Positions 18,049 through 27,729 are shown, counted from the stretch's first letter. The stretch is 64,000 bases of DNA from Armatimonadota bacterium (GCA_013314775.1 JABUFB010000019.1:3189-67188), one strand, 5' to 3'. Numbers and translations: made by a program. The notes: generated by a model not told the origin, from the letters alone.

Positions 18049-18618
18049 GTGTCGCCTGCCCTGCGCCACCGGGGAACATCGACCATGGCAAGACAGGCAT
18101 CGAGGATTGCATTCAACCTGTTAGGCGCCGCGCTCGGGCTGCGCGACCGTTTCTTGCCGCCCGAGCGCGTGCTGCATGAAGCGGAGATCCGGTCAGGCAT
18201 GACGGTGATCGACTACGGCTGCGGCACGGGGTCCTTCATCCTGCCCGTTGCCGGACTCGTGGGAGAGACGGGCGCGGTCCTGGCTGTCGACGTGAATCCC
18301 CTCGCCGTCGAACGGGTCGCTCGCATTGCCGGTGCCAATGGATTGACGAATGTGCGGGCGCTCCGATCCGACTGCTCGATCGATCTGCCCGATGGGTCCG
18401 TGGATGTGGCTCTGCTGTACGACGTTCTCCATCACCTGCGGCCGCCCGAGCCCGTGCTATGCGAACTGCACCGGGTTCTCAAGGCCCACGGCAGGCTCTC
18501 GCTGAGCGACCACCATATGAACCCCAAAGCTATCGTGCACTGCGTCACGGCGACCGGGCAGTACCGTCTTGCGCGCCGTGATCGCTACACCCACACCTTC
18601 GTCCCGGTGCGTGACTGA
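18049..18618 (+). CDS. class I SAM-dependent methyltransferase
   Basis: Motif I VIDYGCGTGSF and acidic motif II LAVDVNP. The start could instead be ATG 18085 (MARQASRI). Confidence 0.6.
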   Translation: MSPALRHRGTSTMARQASRIAFNLLGAALGLRDRFLPPERVLHEAEIRSGMTVIDYGCGTGSFILPVAGLVGETGAVLAVDVNPLAVERVARIAGANGLTNVRALRSDCSIDLPDGSVDVALLYDVLHHLRPPEPVLCELHRVLKAHGRLSLSDHHMNPKAIVHCVTATGQYRLARRDRYTHTFVPVRD

Positions 18619-18630
18619 GCCTGATTCAGC

Positions 18631-20949
18631 TCACTCATACACCCGAACCTGGTAGACCCGGGCCCCGAAGCCTTCGCCGTTTGCCGCGACAATCCGCAGC
18701 CGCAGTCGCTCGGTGTCAACTGGCCCGAACCGGTGTTCCCGCACTCGTCGGTAGTTCCCGTCCACCCGCACCAGCGTCTGCCAGTCACCGTCGACCAGCG
18801 CCTCCAGGGCGTAATCACGCACGCACATTTCAGATACGCGCTTTCCCACGTGCCACGGGTATTCGGCACTCGTGCGGTGGAGTGTGTCGAACACCAAGGC
18901 CACCCGGGACACCCGCACCGGTGCCTCCCACGCCAGCACCAGGTCCTGTGGCAGGCCATCTTGCGGTCGGGACATCCACATGTTCGTCGGGCCCCTGCTG
19001 AACCGACGGTGGAAACCGTTGGCGACTTGCCGCGCTTCGCCCACCATCGGCGCCGGATGCAGCCGGAAGGCTCCCATGCACCCGACACGTTTCCACTGGG
19101 CTCCCTGATGGCTGTGCTCGATCATTTCCGCGATCTCGCAGTCTTCCTGCGCCACTGCCCAATAGACATCGGGGTTCTGACCCACGGTGATCAGCAGCTG
19201 GTCGTCATCAGACGCTGCGTCTTTCGCTGCGGTCTCCAGCCCATCCAGCGGTATTGATTGCCAACCCTCGTGCCCCGCGGGCACGGTTACGGACCCGAGC
19301 CAGATCGTCTTCAGCGCCTGGTCCCGCAGGTCCTCCCAGCCGTGCCGATGGAAGTCATCCAGACTCTTCCACCGCGGCTCACGCTTTGTTCTCAGGACCG
19401 TCACCGGCAGCGCCTGGTCCTTGCCTGATGCGTTACGCAGGTACATCTCAGCCGCTCGCGGTCGCTCCGGCCAGTCGAACAGCATGATCCCCGCCGGAGC
19501 AATCAGCGGGATCAGCTGCCCAGGCTCCTGCGCGTTGAAGGATATTTCGCTCGTGGCCGTGACTTGCGCCTTCCGTGCCAGGTCATTTCCTGGTTCGAGC
19601 GGAACGCACAGGATCGTGGCGTCCGCGTCGAGGATGGCCCGGCGCAGTCTGTCAATGTGCCTGCGACCGATCTCCCGGGGTGTGCAGGACAGCTCACAAC
19701 ACATGGCTGCCGCCTGCCCGATTGCCTGCCCGATCGCGGCCCCGCTGCCCATGATGCGCGTGCTTGAATGGGCCAGATGAGTTGCGCTGATGAGCCGGCC
19801 TCCCATGAGCAGGTTGTCGATATTCCGCGAGTAGCAGCACCGGTACGGGATCCCGTACTGCGGCGGGATGCTAATGCCGAAGATGTTGCTGCCTTCACCC
19901 AGCGGCTTGTGATCGTCCAGGTCATGGCCGCCGTAGGCGATGTCGTCCTCGAAACGCCTGCCTTCTTCCAGGTCGGTCTGGGTCAGCACATAGTCGCCCA
20001 GGAGTCGCCGGCTCTCGCGCTTGCCTGCCTTGGGGCTAACCCAGAGGATGTCCCAGTTCCGGGTTTCCTCACGGTGCGGCCCGTTTTTCAGATGATCCCA
20101 CTCGGCCCACAGCTGCTTCAGCAGCATCTCGTAGATCAGGGCGTCATCGCGCACCGTGTCCAGGTGCCCACCGGTCTCGGTCACGTACAGGAAGAAGATC
20201 CCGGATGGCCGATTGAACCACCCATCATGGTGGCGCACGAAGGAGGACAGCTGCCCGTGCCAGACCCGCGGGATGAACTCCGGGGTTCCCTCTGGCGGCA
20301 CAAATACCACCTCTTGCTCCGTACGGTGAGCGATGGCGACCAGGCTTGTGCCCTGCACCAGGTTGCTGCGCTCGGCCGGCGCGGACCGTTCGCCGTATTC
20401 GGACTGCGCCTCAGTGCCGAAGTCGTAATCCGCTCCGGCAAGCGCTCCGATTTCCCCATCCCCTGAAGCCTCGATGACGCAGTGGCGGACGCCAATGCGC
20501 ACCCTCCGAAACGCGCCCGTGTCCTGGCAGATCACCGCGCTGATCCGCGTTCCGTCCATCTCCGGCGCCACCGCGCAGTGGCGCTTCAGCACCCGCACTC
20601 CGGCCCGTTCAAGAGCAGCCTGCACGATGGCCTCAAACCGCCGCGAGATGTGATAGCCCATGCTCCCGCGCCCGGTCTTTGTGTACGCGTCCACCCAGCA
20701 CGCTTCTTCACGCAATTCCTGGATGATCCCGGTCTCCACGGCGTAAGGGTTGTAGCGTTCGGCGCCGGTGATGCCCACTCCCAGGTCCGGCCCGGAATTG
20801 CCGCCGAGCACCGCGTCCTTCTCGATCAGCACCGTGTCACAACCACACCGCCCGGCCTGTATCGCCGCGCAGTAGCCCGATGGACCGGACCCAATCACCA
20901 GCACATCGCAGTCGATGGTCGCTTCGGAGGGAATGTCATTGATCATCAT
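18631..20949 (-). CDS. FAD-dependent oxidoreductase (PF12831-like) with long C-terminal beta-rich domain
   Basis: N-terminal dinucleotide-binding motif DVLVIGSGPSGYCAAIQAGRCGCDTVLIEKDAVLGGN. 772 aa. Lies 100 bp downstream of the KaiC-like gene on the same strand. Confidence 0.6.
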   Translation of the reverse strand: MMINDIPSEATIDCDVLVIGSGPSGYCAAIQAGRCGCDTVLIEKDAVLGGNSGPDLGVGITGAERYNPYAVETGIIQELREEACWVDAYTKTGRGSMGYHISRRFEAIVQAALERAGVRVLKRHCAVAPEMDGTRISAVICQDTGAFRRVRIGVRHCVIEASGDGEIGALAGADYDFGTEAQSEYGERSAPAERSNLVQGTSLVAIAHRTEQEVVFVPPEGTPEFIPRVWHGQLSSFVRHHDGWFNRPSGIFFLYVTETGGHLDTVRDDALIYEMLLKQLWAEWDHLKNGPHREETRNWDILWVSPKAGKRESRRLLGDYVLTQTDLEEGRRFEDDIAYGGHDLDDHKPLGEGSNIFGISIPPQYGIPYRCCYSRNIDNLLMGGRLISATHLAHSSTRIMGSGAAIGQAIGQAAAMCCELSCTPREIGRRHIDRLRRAILDADATILCVPLEPGNDLARKAQVTATSEISFNAQEPGQLIPLIAPAGIMLFDWPERPRAAEMYLRNASGKDQALPVTVLRTKREPRWKSLDDFHRHGWEDLRDQALKTIWLGSVTVPAGHEGWQSIPLDGLETAAKDAASDDDQLLITVGQNPDVYWAVAQEDCEIAEMIEHSHQGAQWKRVGCMGAFRLHPAPMVGEARQVANGFHRRFSRGPTNMWMSRPQDGLPQDLVLAWEAPVRVSRVALVFDTLHRTSAEYPWHVGKRVSEMCVRDYALEALVDGDWQTLVRVDGNYRRVREHRFGPVDTERLRLRIVAANGEGFGARVYQVRVYE

Positions 20950-21049
20950 GGTACCTCGCTGAGTTCCTGCGTAGCGCTTCCGCGGTCACAGAAAAGCGCC
21001 CGCCTGTGACTGACGGGCGCTCAGTTCGCGCGCTTGCCCAACTTCTTGG

Positions 21050-23725
21050 CTATCTGCCCAGTGCCTCGTCGATGATATGGCGAATACTGGCCAACATCGC
21101 CTCAACTGCGGCCTCGGGCTCCGCATGGCCCTGGAGTACCGGGTATATGTGGCTCTGGATGGCGCGGCTTACCCTCTGATAGTCAGGGATGCGCTCTCGG
21201 GTTCTCGCGCTTGCGAGGATCTGCTTGAGCTCGCGGTAGTGGGGCTGGAAAGCCAGGATTTCCTGGTCGTCGTAGAGCGCCTTGAGAGTGGGCAGTGGTC
21301 CGCCACGCAGCGCCCGTTCCTTCTGGATCTCGTAGCTGCTCATGAATCTGATGAAGTCCCGCGCGGTGGAAGGCGCCAACGCGCCTCGCGGAACAGCGTA
21401 GTGCCACCCGCCCAGGAAACTGTGGCTCTCGGTGCCCGATGGTCCCACCGGCGCAGGTGCAATGCCGACCTTGCCGCGCACCGCAGAATCTGTCTGCATG
21501 GCGGGCTGCATGACGCTCGGGAGCATCCAGAGAAACACCGTGCGCCCGGCCAGGAAGTTTTCCTGGGGTTCCACGCCGTGCCCGGGCGCCGTGATTTCCC
21601 GCGGCGTAACTGCGTGAACGTGGATCAGGTCTCGCATGAACCGGACCACTTCCAGCGCCTTCCCCGCGTCTAACGTCATCTCTCGGGTTGCATCGTCAAT
21701 GACCTGCCCACCGTTGCTCCACAGGTTCACAAGGAACGAGCTGCTGAGCCCCTCGTAGGTGAAGGCTGGGAACTCAAAACCGATCAGGTTCTCGTTGCCG
21801 GGCGCTGAACAGATGGTTTTCGCCTGGTCCACGAGTTCGTCCCAAGTGGCAGGGGGCGCCGAGAAACCGTGCTCCTGCAAGATGTCTCTGCGATACAGCA
21901 GCACTCCGCACAAAGCGATGGCGGGGACCGCATAAACCTCGCCGTCCACGAGGGCGGGCTCCACGACTCCTTCCAGGTGCTCTTCCCAGTCTCCCGGAGG
22001 AAAGATGTCGTTGAGGCTGGAGAGGCGGTCCGGCTGTATTACCCCAGGCATCCAGTACATGCACAGCGGCACCACGCTAAGGCTGGTCTGGCGCGCCGCC
22101 ATGGCCTGGACCACCACATCCCGCGCCTCGTCGGGGTTGTAAGGAATGCTCAGCGGAACTGGCTTCACGCGCGGCTGGATCTGGGCGAACCGTTCCAGCA
22201 GTTCTTCATTGAGTTTCTCGTCGAACTCCGAGAAACTGCGCACGGCCAGCTCGATCGGCACTGCCCGGGCAGCTCCGGCCATGAGCCCCTCGGTGCCCTC
22301 GAAGCGCCCGTGGACGGTGAGGCCTTTGTTGCTGATGGTGAAGCGCCGGATGCCCTTGTCATGGTCGCTGCCACGCAGTTTCAGGACTGACAGGGCGCGC
22401 TGGATTTCGCTCTCCATCTCCACGTACTTCAGTAGAATGATGCAGTCTACGATAATGGAGATGTGTTCGCCCGTGACTTGCGTCTGCCCGAAAACTTCGG
22501 GCACCTCCGCGATCAGCAGGCTCGTGACGCCCCGATCTTCCAATGCGTCGCCCACCGCGTAGACAAGCTCTCGAAGGCCGTCCTCCTGGGTCGCGCCCAT
22601 CTGCAGGTCGGTGAGCGAGTCAATCACAACCCGCTTCGCCCCGAGTGTGTCCACCTGCTCCTTGAGGTCATGAATGAACTTCTCCGGGCGCGTATCCAAG
22701 GGCGAGCAGTACACCACCTGGATCAGGCCCTGATCCTGGTATTCCCGCAGGGGCAGGCCGTAGCTCTGCGCGATCTCCGTGAGCTTGACCGGCGACTCCT
22801 CGAAGCTTACATACAGGCTTTTCTCACCGAGGCCGGCCCCCTGGCTCACGAACTGCAGGCCCACAGTAGTCTTGCCCACGCCTGCGCTTCCGGCAACCAG
22901 CGTGGAGAAGCCGCAGATCAGCCCTCCGCCCAGCATCTCGTCGAGGCCGCGAATACCCGTAGGAGTTCGGCAAAGGCCTCGGGCCCAGGCAAGGCCCTCG
23001 CGCTTTGACGGCTGGTGCCTGGGATAGACCGCGGCGCCGCGGTCGGTCAGCTCAAGCATGTGCTTGCCGGGAACGTGCGGCGCGCCCCGGCTCTTGAGCA
23101 CTTCCACGTATCGCCGCCGCTGATTGTGGCTGAAGGTGTCGTATCGCAGCCGCACGACGCAGTCTGCAAGAAACTCTTCGAAGGGCACGCAATCGGTGTC
23201 GAAGCTCTCGAGTTCCTTGGTGATGACCGACGTGAGCCCCGCTCTGCGCAGCCCGTTCATCATCCCATAAACCGCAGCCCGCAGATGTCCCGGTTCGCGG
23301 CCCATCTGGCTGAAGTGCGAGACGCTGTCCATCAGCAGCCGCGTGGCGCCGATCTCGGCAACGGTCGCCTCCACGATTCCGCCCACATCCTGAAGCTGGT
23401 CCAGGAAAACCTCGGGGGACGTGCAGATGATTCGCAGTTTGCCCTCTGCCTCGAGTTGTGCCAGGTCCCACCCGAAGTTGAGTGTGTCCTGCTTGAGCTG
23501 GCGGGGGAACTCTTCGAAGGTGACGATGATGCCCGGGTTGCCGGACATCGCCGAGTGGTAAATGAACTGCAGCCCGACTGTGGTCTTTCCCGTGCCCGGG
23601 ACGCCCTCGAGCAGACTGCAGCTTCCCTCCCGAAAACCGCCGGAGAGCAGCTCATCCAGTCCCGGGACGCCCGTACTGATCGCTCTAGCTGTCACTTGCT
23701 GTCGCTCCTGGCTGTGGGGGGCCAT
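21050..23725 (-). CDS. tandem KaiC-like RecA-superfamily ATPase fused to a C-terminal ABC-type solute-binding-protein (SBP_bac_1, sugar-binding-like) domain
   Basis: Two KaiC modules. Module 1: GVPGLDELLSGGF..EGVPGTGKTT, IIVTFEEF, RLLMDSVS. Module 2: GIRGLDEMLGGGL..AGSAGVGKTT, LYVSFEES, RVVIDSLT. Then about 400 aa with SBP family-1 signatures (AVPAIALCGVLLYRRDILQEHGFSAPPATWDELVDQAK; FLGGWHYAVPRGALAPSTARDFIRFMSSYEIQ). No signal peptide, so the binding domain is predicted cytoplasmic. Confidence 0.7.
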   Translation of the reverse strand: MAPHSQERQQVTARAISTGVPGLDELLSGGFREGSCSLLEGVPGTGKTTVGLQFIYHSAMSGNPGIIVTFEEFPRQLKQDTLNFGWDLAQLEAEGKLRIICTSPEVFLDQLQDVGGIVEATVAEIGATRLLMDSVSHFSQMGREPGHLRAAVYGMMNGLRRAGLTSVITKELESFDTDCVPFEEFLADCVVRLRYDTFSHNQRRRYVEVLKSRGAPHVPGKHMLELTDRGAAVYPRHQPSKREGLAWARGLCRTPTGIRGLDEMLGGGLICGFSTLVAGSAGVGKTTVGLQFVSQGAGLGEKSLYVSFEESPVKLTEIAQSYGLPLREYQDQGLIQVVYCSPLDTRPEKFIHDLKEQVDTLGAKRVVIDSLTDLQMGATQEDGLRELVYAVGDALEDRGVTSLLIAEVPEVFGQTQVTGEHISIIVDCIILLKYVEMESEIQRALSVLKLRGSDHDKGIRRFTISNKGLTVHGRFEGTEGLMAGAARAVPIELAVRSFSEFDEKLNEELLERFAQIQPRVKPVPLSIPYNPDEARDVVVQAMAARQTSLSVVPLCMYWMPGVIQPDRLSSLNDIFPPGDWEEHLEGVVEPALVDGEVYAVPAIALCGVLLYRRDILQEHGFSAPPATWDELVDQAKTICSAPGNENLIGFEFPAFTYEGLSSSFLVNLWSNGGQVIDDATREMTLDAGKALEVVRFMRDLIHVHAVTPREITAPGHGVEPQENFLAGRTVFLWMLPSVMQPAMQTDSAVRGKVGIAPAPVGPSGTESHSFLGGWHYAVPRGALAPSTARDFIRFMSSYEIQKERALRGGPLPTLKALYDDQEILAFQPHYRELKQILASARTRERIPDYQRVSRAIQSHIYPVLQGHAEPEAAVEAMLASIRHIIDEALGR

Positions 23726-24167
23726 CCGCTTCGCCCCCGTGCCGATCCTCTTGCTGCTGGCGCACCAGCATCATCAGGATCTCTTTGCGCGCCTCCAGAT
23801 CGTCGTGGTAAGCGTCGCTCACCAGGCACAGGAGGTTCCAGACCCACGGCTCTCTGGCCAGTGCGTAACAGGTGTACTTGCCGTCCGCCCTCACGTGCAC
23901 CTCAAGTAGCTTGTGCGCGGCGAGCCGCTCCAGGGCAGGGCGGATCTCATCTATTCCGCGGTGTGTGCGCAGCGCGATGCCCGAACACGTATCGAAAGTG
24001 CTCGGGTTCGCCTGGTAGAACAGCGCCACATCCAGCCCCACCATGGTGCGCGCCACGTCCCGGATGAACTTTCGTACCCTGTCGTCCATCGCAATTCCTC
24101 TCGGCCCGCGACGGATGTTGCGCGCCCCGGCCCCAAATGGAGCCGCCCTTGCGGGTTTCTTCGCCAT
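23685..24167 (-). CDS. hypothetical small protein with winged-helix-like C-terminal segment
   Basis: 160-aa ORF immediately upstream of the KaiC-like gene and overlapping it by about 40 nt. IRPALERLAAHKLLEVHVRADGKYTCYALA resembles a wHTH recognition helix plus wing. The start may be the internal Met (MDDRVRKF). Confidence 0.3.
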   Translation of the reverse strand: MAKKPARAAPFGAGARNIRRGPRGIAMDDRVRKFIRDVARTMVGLDVALFYQANPSTFDTCSGIALRTHRGIDEIRPALERLAAHKLLEVHVRADGKYTCYALAREPWVWNLLCLVSDAYHDDLEARKEILMMLVRQQQEDRHGGEADGPPQPGATASDS

Positions 24168-24436
24168 CCGTGTCTCCTATTCCTGCAAGATGTGCAGACA
24201 GACTTTTCCGGCCTCTATGGCTCAGGCCGTTGCGATCGCAGTGCTGATCTTATTCACCGCCAGTTTGCAGTTTTGTTCCGACCAACTTGTGTTTTCTGCC
24301 AATGAATCGGGGGTGAGAGCCATTTCGCAGACAAACTGTGGGACTTTTCCGTAGTGGTATTGGCGGACAGGATCGGATACACTACAATAGAAGGGGGGGC
24401 GGCCCGCAAAGGTCACCGCGGACCGCCGGAAACCAC

Positions 24437-25723
24437 ATGGGCACATCGAGTTCACAACCGTCTCCCAGAAACGAACAGTGGCGTTATGTGCGGGACGCGT
24501 ACCGCGACGGCATCCGCGAACCGGCGGAGATTTCGCGGCGCATCGCTCTCGCGATCGGCACACCCGGCCGTCTTGCCATGGCGGACACGGGTCCCTCTAT
24601 GTGCCTGGACTCTCTCCTGCTCGGGGCTCGCAGGTATTCCGAAGACCCCCCGGCCCCCAGCTCCCCCCGGCCCCCGCTCCAGACCGTTGCCCGGCTGCGA
24701 TCTGACGCCGAATGGCGGCTGGCCCAGCAACACAGGGCTTCGCGATACACCGACATCGCACTCGATGCCCTGGGAGTGGCGGCCACCCGCGCGCTCGGGA
24801 TCGGGGAGGACCTTGACGCCCCCAATGCGAAATCACTCTCCCGTTACCTGGATGAAGAGCGCATGCACGAGCTGGCCGCGGAGTTCCTCGCGGCTGATAT
24901 CGACCGTTGCTTCCGATACTTCGTCGCCCGTGACATCAGCGAATTGGTGGGATCAGACTACCTGCCAACCGTTGGCCAGGCAGAGGAGTTTGCGCGCCAG
25001 GTCGCCCTTTTTTCCAGCCGTGCTACAGTCGGCGCGATATGTGCCGATGATGAGTCCAGGATCCAGGACGCTGTCAGGCGTTCCGGCGACCAGGAACGCC
25101 TCGCGGTCGTCGGCGAACTCCTGAAACAGGGCATCGACCGCAGCCTCGAGCGAATCTGTGTTGCGTCGGGGCGGGAGGGCACCGGCCGCAGTCATGCGCG
25201 CGGAAGTGCGGGTCCACCAGGCGATGATGACGACGCCGCACACACGCCGGCGCTCCGGCTCATAGACGATGACCAACGTGAGCCGGGGCGCGACTACCTG
25301 CCCGTGTACTCTCTGGAAGCGGCGGCGGGGTACTTCGGCGAAGGGCAGCCTGTTGAGAGCCTGGGGTACGTGCAAGCCCCGCCGGGGCTGCGCCTGTGTG
25401 ACGGGCTCTTTGTGGTGCGCATTCGGGGGCGCTCGATGGAACCCAGGATCCCCGATGGAAGCTATGCGGTCTTCCGCACACCTGTTGTGGGGTCCCGCCA
25501 GGGCAAGATCGTTCTCGCCCAGCGGCGCGGGTACCACGACCCGGACACCGGGGGAAGCTACACGGTGAAACGGTATGAAAGTGCCAAGACCGTAAGCGAA
25601 GACGAGTGGAGCCACACCATGATCCGCCTCGTGCCTGAGAACCCGGAGTATGAACCGATCGAGATCCGGGGAGACAGCGCGGACGAACTGGCGATTATCG
25701 CCGAGTTCGTGACCCTGCTGTAG
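24437..25723 (+). CDS. protein with about 260-aa N-terminal domain of unknown function, disordered acidic linker and C-terminal LexA/UmuD-like S24 peptidase domain
   Basis: C-terminus LPVYSLEAAAGYFGEG...RIRGRSMEP...GSYAVFR...GKIVLAQ...YTVKRY carries the S24 Ser (GRSME) and Lys (TVKRY) dyad motifs. The N-terminal region has no recognised family. Linker GSAGPPGDDDDAAH. The track ORF opens at 24338. ATG 24437 was chosen. Confidence 0.65.
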   Translation: MGTSSSQPSPRNEQWRYVRDAYRDGIREPAEISRRIALAIGTPGRLAMADTGPSMCLDSLLLGARRYSEDPPAPSSPRPPLQTVARLRSDAEWRLAQQHRASRYTDIALDALGVAATRALGIGEDLDAPNAKSLSRYLDEERMHELAAEFLAADIDRCFRYFVARDISELVGSDYLPTVGQAEEFARQVALFSSRATVGAICADDESRIQDAVRRSGDQERLAVVGELLKQGIDRSLERICVASGREGTGRSHARGSAGPPGDDDDAAHTPALRLIDDDQREPGRDYLPVYSLEAAAGYFGEGQPVESLGYVQAPPGLRLCDGLFVVRIRGRSMEPRIPDGSYAVFRTPVVGSRQGKIVLAQRRGYHDPDTGGSYTVKRYESAKTVSEDEWSHTMIRLVPENPEYEPIEIRGDSADELAIIAEFVTLL

Positions 25724-25858
25724 GAGTAAGGGCGCCGTCACTTTCCTTCCGCATGGCCACGCGGGTACCTGCGCGGGACGGGGACGGGGCTCGCCGCAAG
25801 CCACCATACATACGGGGGACCCAGTGCGAGCTGGGACTCTGCCCGGGGGGACAATCGG

Positions 25859-27214
25859 TTGCCTGACAGGTTCGTCGTCGCGCACAGTGCCCAGGGGGGC
25901 AGTGGCAAGTGCGCGCCGGGGGGCAACGAGACACTTGTTCTTGACTGGACCTCGGCCCGGCGCAACGCTATCTGTGACCCGTCGATGTTGCTGGGAGCCT
26001 GCGGCGGAAGGCTGACTGCTCCGCTGCAGGACCTGCTCGACATCGCAACCGCCATCTATCTTGCCGATGTGGCGGCATTTCGCGGTGCCCACGAGGAATG
26101 GGTGCGCCACTTGCACCTGACCATACCCGTCCTCGAGCCCACCTTCTGGCAAGCGCAGACCCCCGATCTGCAGCACCTTCTGTACAGTCTGACCCGGGAC
26201 TCCTTTACATTCCACTTCCTGCAAGCGGACCGGGATCGTTCCGAGGACTGCCGGCAGCACGCCCTGCCCGGCCATCCGGATTGCGTATCACTTCTGTCAG
26301 GGGGTCTGGATTCTCTGGCTGGCGCGGTTTCGCTTCTTCGGGCGGGACGCAGGCCCCTGCTCGTGAGCCACCAGTCTGCGAACCCCGTTGTGCAAACCGC
26401 GCAGCGGCGGCTTGTGGCAACGCTGGAAACCCACTGGCCCGGTGGAGCACAGTGGGCAGGGGTTCGGGTGACGCCCGGGAGCTACGGCGTCGAGGCCCGG
26501 CCCTTCCCTCCGCCCGAGGAGCGCGAGCCGTCTCGCCGGGCCCGACCTGTGCTCTTCCTGACACTCGGCGCCATCGCCTCACACTGCCTGGGCACCTCCG
26601 AGGTCTACATGTGTGAAAACGGGGTGCTCACCGCGGCCTTGCCCCTCACTCCGGCGCGCATTGGCGGCATGTCCACCCGGAGCACCCATCCCGTGACTAT
26701 CAAGCTCTTCTCGGAACTCCTCCAGAAAGCCGGGGTGTGCACAAGCTATCTGAACCCCTTCATGTTCCAGACCAAGGGTGAAGTGGTGCGCACATTCCTC
26801 AAGCCCGTGCTTGCGCCGCAGGAGATCGCACAGTCCGTCTCCTGCTGGATGGCGGGGAGGTTCGTGCGCCCATGTGGGGGATGCGTGCCGTGTCTATTGA
26901 GACGCATTGCGCTGCTCGCGGCTGGTTTGCCTGACGAGGCCTGCATCAACGACGTCTTGCGCGATCCCGAGCAGTACCGGGGCACAGATGCCTTCGGCAA
27001 TCTCGCGGACCTGCTCACCCAGGCTGCAACATTCCTGGGCAAGACCGACCTGGAACTCCTCCTGGAGTACCCGCAGTTCGCGGACCTCATCTCCGCCGAC
27101 GTGCCGGTCCAGGATGTCCTGCGCACCATGAAAAGACACGCGGCCGAGGTCCTGAACGTCTGTGACGCTCACTTCCCGGCGGCAGCGAGGATGCTCCACA
27201 CCACGGTTTTCTGA
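25859..27214 (+). CDS. QueC-like PP-loop ATPase (7-cyano-7-deazaguanine synthase superfamily) with about 130-aa N-terminal extension
   Basis: SLLSGGLDSLAG PP-loop (QueC SGGQDST). PVLFLTLGAIAS (QueC NILFLTLAAIYA). C-terminal zinc knuckle SCW...RPCGGCVPCLLRR (QueC TCY..GCGHCAACNLR). TTG start. Possible alternative start at M 25985. Confidence 0.7.
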   Translation: MPDRFVVAHSAQGGSGKCAPGGNETLVLDWTSARRNAICDPSMLLGACGGRLTAPLQDLLDIATAIYLADVAAFRGAHEEWVRHLHLTIPVLEPTFWQAQTPDLQHLLYSLTRDSFTFHFLQADRDRSEDCRQHALPGHPDCVSLLSGGLDSLAGAVSLLRAGRRPLLVSHQSANPVVQTAQRRLVATLETHWPGGAQWAGVRVTPGSYGVEARPFPPPEEREPSRRARPVLFLTLGAIASHCLGTSEVYMCENGVLTAALPLTPARIGGMSTRSTHPVTIKLFSELLQKAGVCTSYLNPFMFQTKGEVVRTFLKPVLAPQEIAQSVSCWMAGRFVRPCGGCVPCLLRRIALLAAGLPDEACINDVLRDPEQYRGTDAFGNLADLLTQAATFLGKTDLELLLEYPQFADLISADVPVQDVLRTMKRHAAEVLNVCDAHFPAAARMLHTTVF

Positions 27215-27221
27215 TCAGTGC

Positions 27222-27692
27222 TTACAGCTTCATCGCGTACATCACGTACTCGATGAGAGGCTCGAACCCCGCCTTCTCGTAGACGGCCCTTGCAGCGGCA
27301 TGCCCCTCGTTCAGTCCGGTACCCACCGCCGCCACTTCCATCCCGGCTTCCCGGAACCTGTTCAGCGCGAACTCCACCTGCTGCGTCCCGATGCCCCGGC
27401 CGCGGAAAGCCGGTGAAACGCCATTGTAATGGATCGTTCCGACCTTCCGGGCCGAACTCATGGCGAAGCTCACGAACCCCGCCACCTGGCCTGCCACCTC
27501 GGTCACGTAGACATTGTCCATCTCATCCCACAGGCGGCTCATGACCTTGGGTAGCAGCCAGCGATCCCAGCGCTCGTCCCCGATGGCACCATACTTTTCC
27601 TCGAGGCCGAAGTCCGAACCGATTGCCCAGATCTCCTGCACGATCTCCTGAATGCGCGGCATGTCTTGCAATGTCGCCTTGCGAATGTTCAT
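27222..27692 (-). CDS. GNAT family N-acetyltransferase
   Basis: Start MNIRKATLQDMP. Acetyl-CoA binding motif VSPAFRGRGIGTQQVE. The track ORF extends further upstream. Confidence 0.7.
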   Translation of the reverse strand: MNIRKATLQDMPRIQEIVQEIWAIGSDFGLEEKYGAIGDERWDRWLLPKVMSRLWDEMDNVYVTEVAGQVAGFVSFAMSSARKVGTIHYNGVSPAFRGRGIGTQQVEFALNRFREAGMEVAAVGTGLNEGHAAARAVYEKAGFEPLIEYVMYAMKL

Positions 27693-27729
27693 GTCTGGGT
27701 CTCCTGTGATGTCCACGCGCTCTTGCTCC

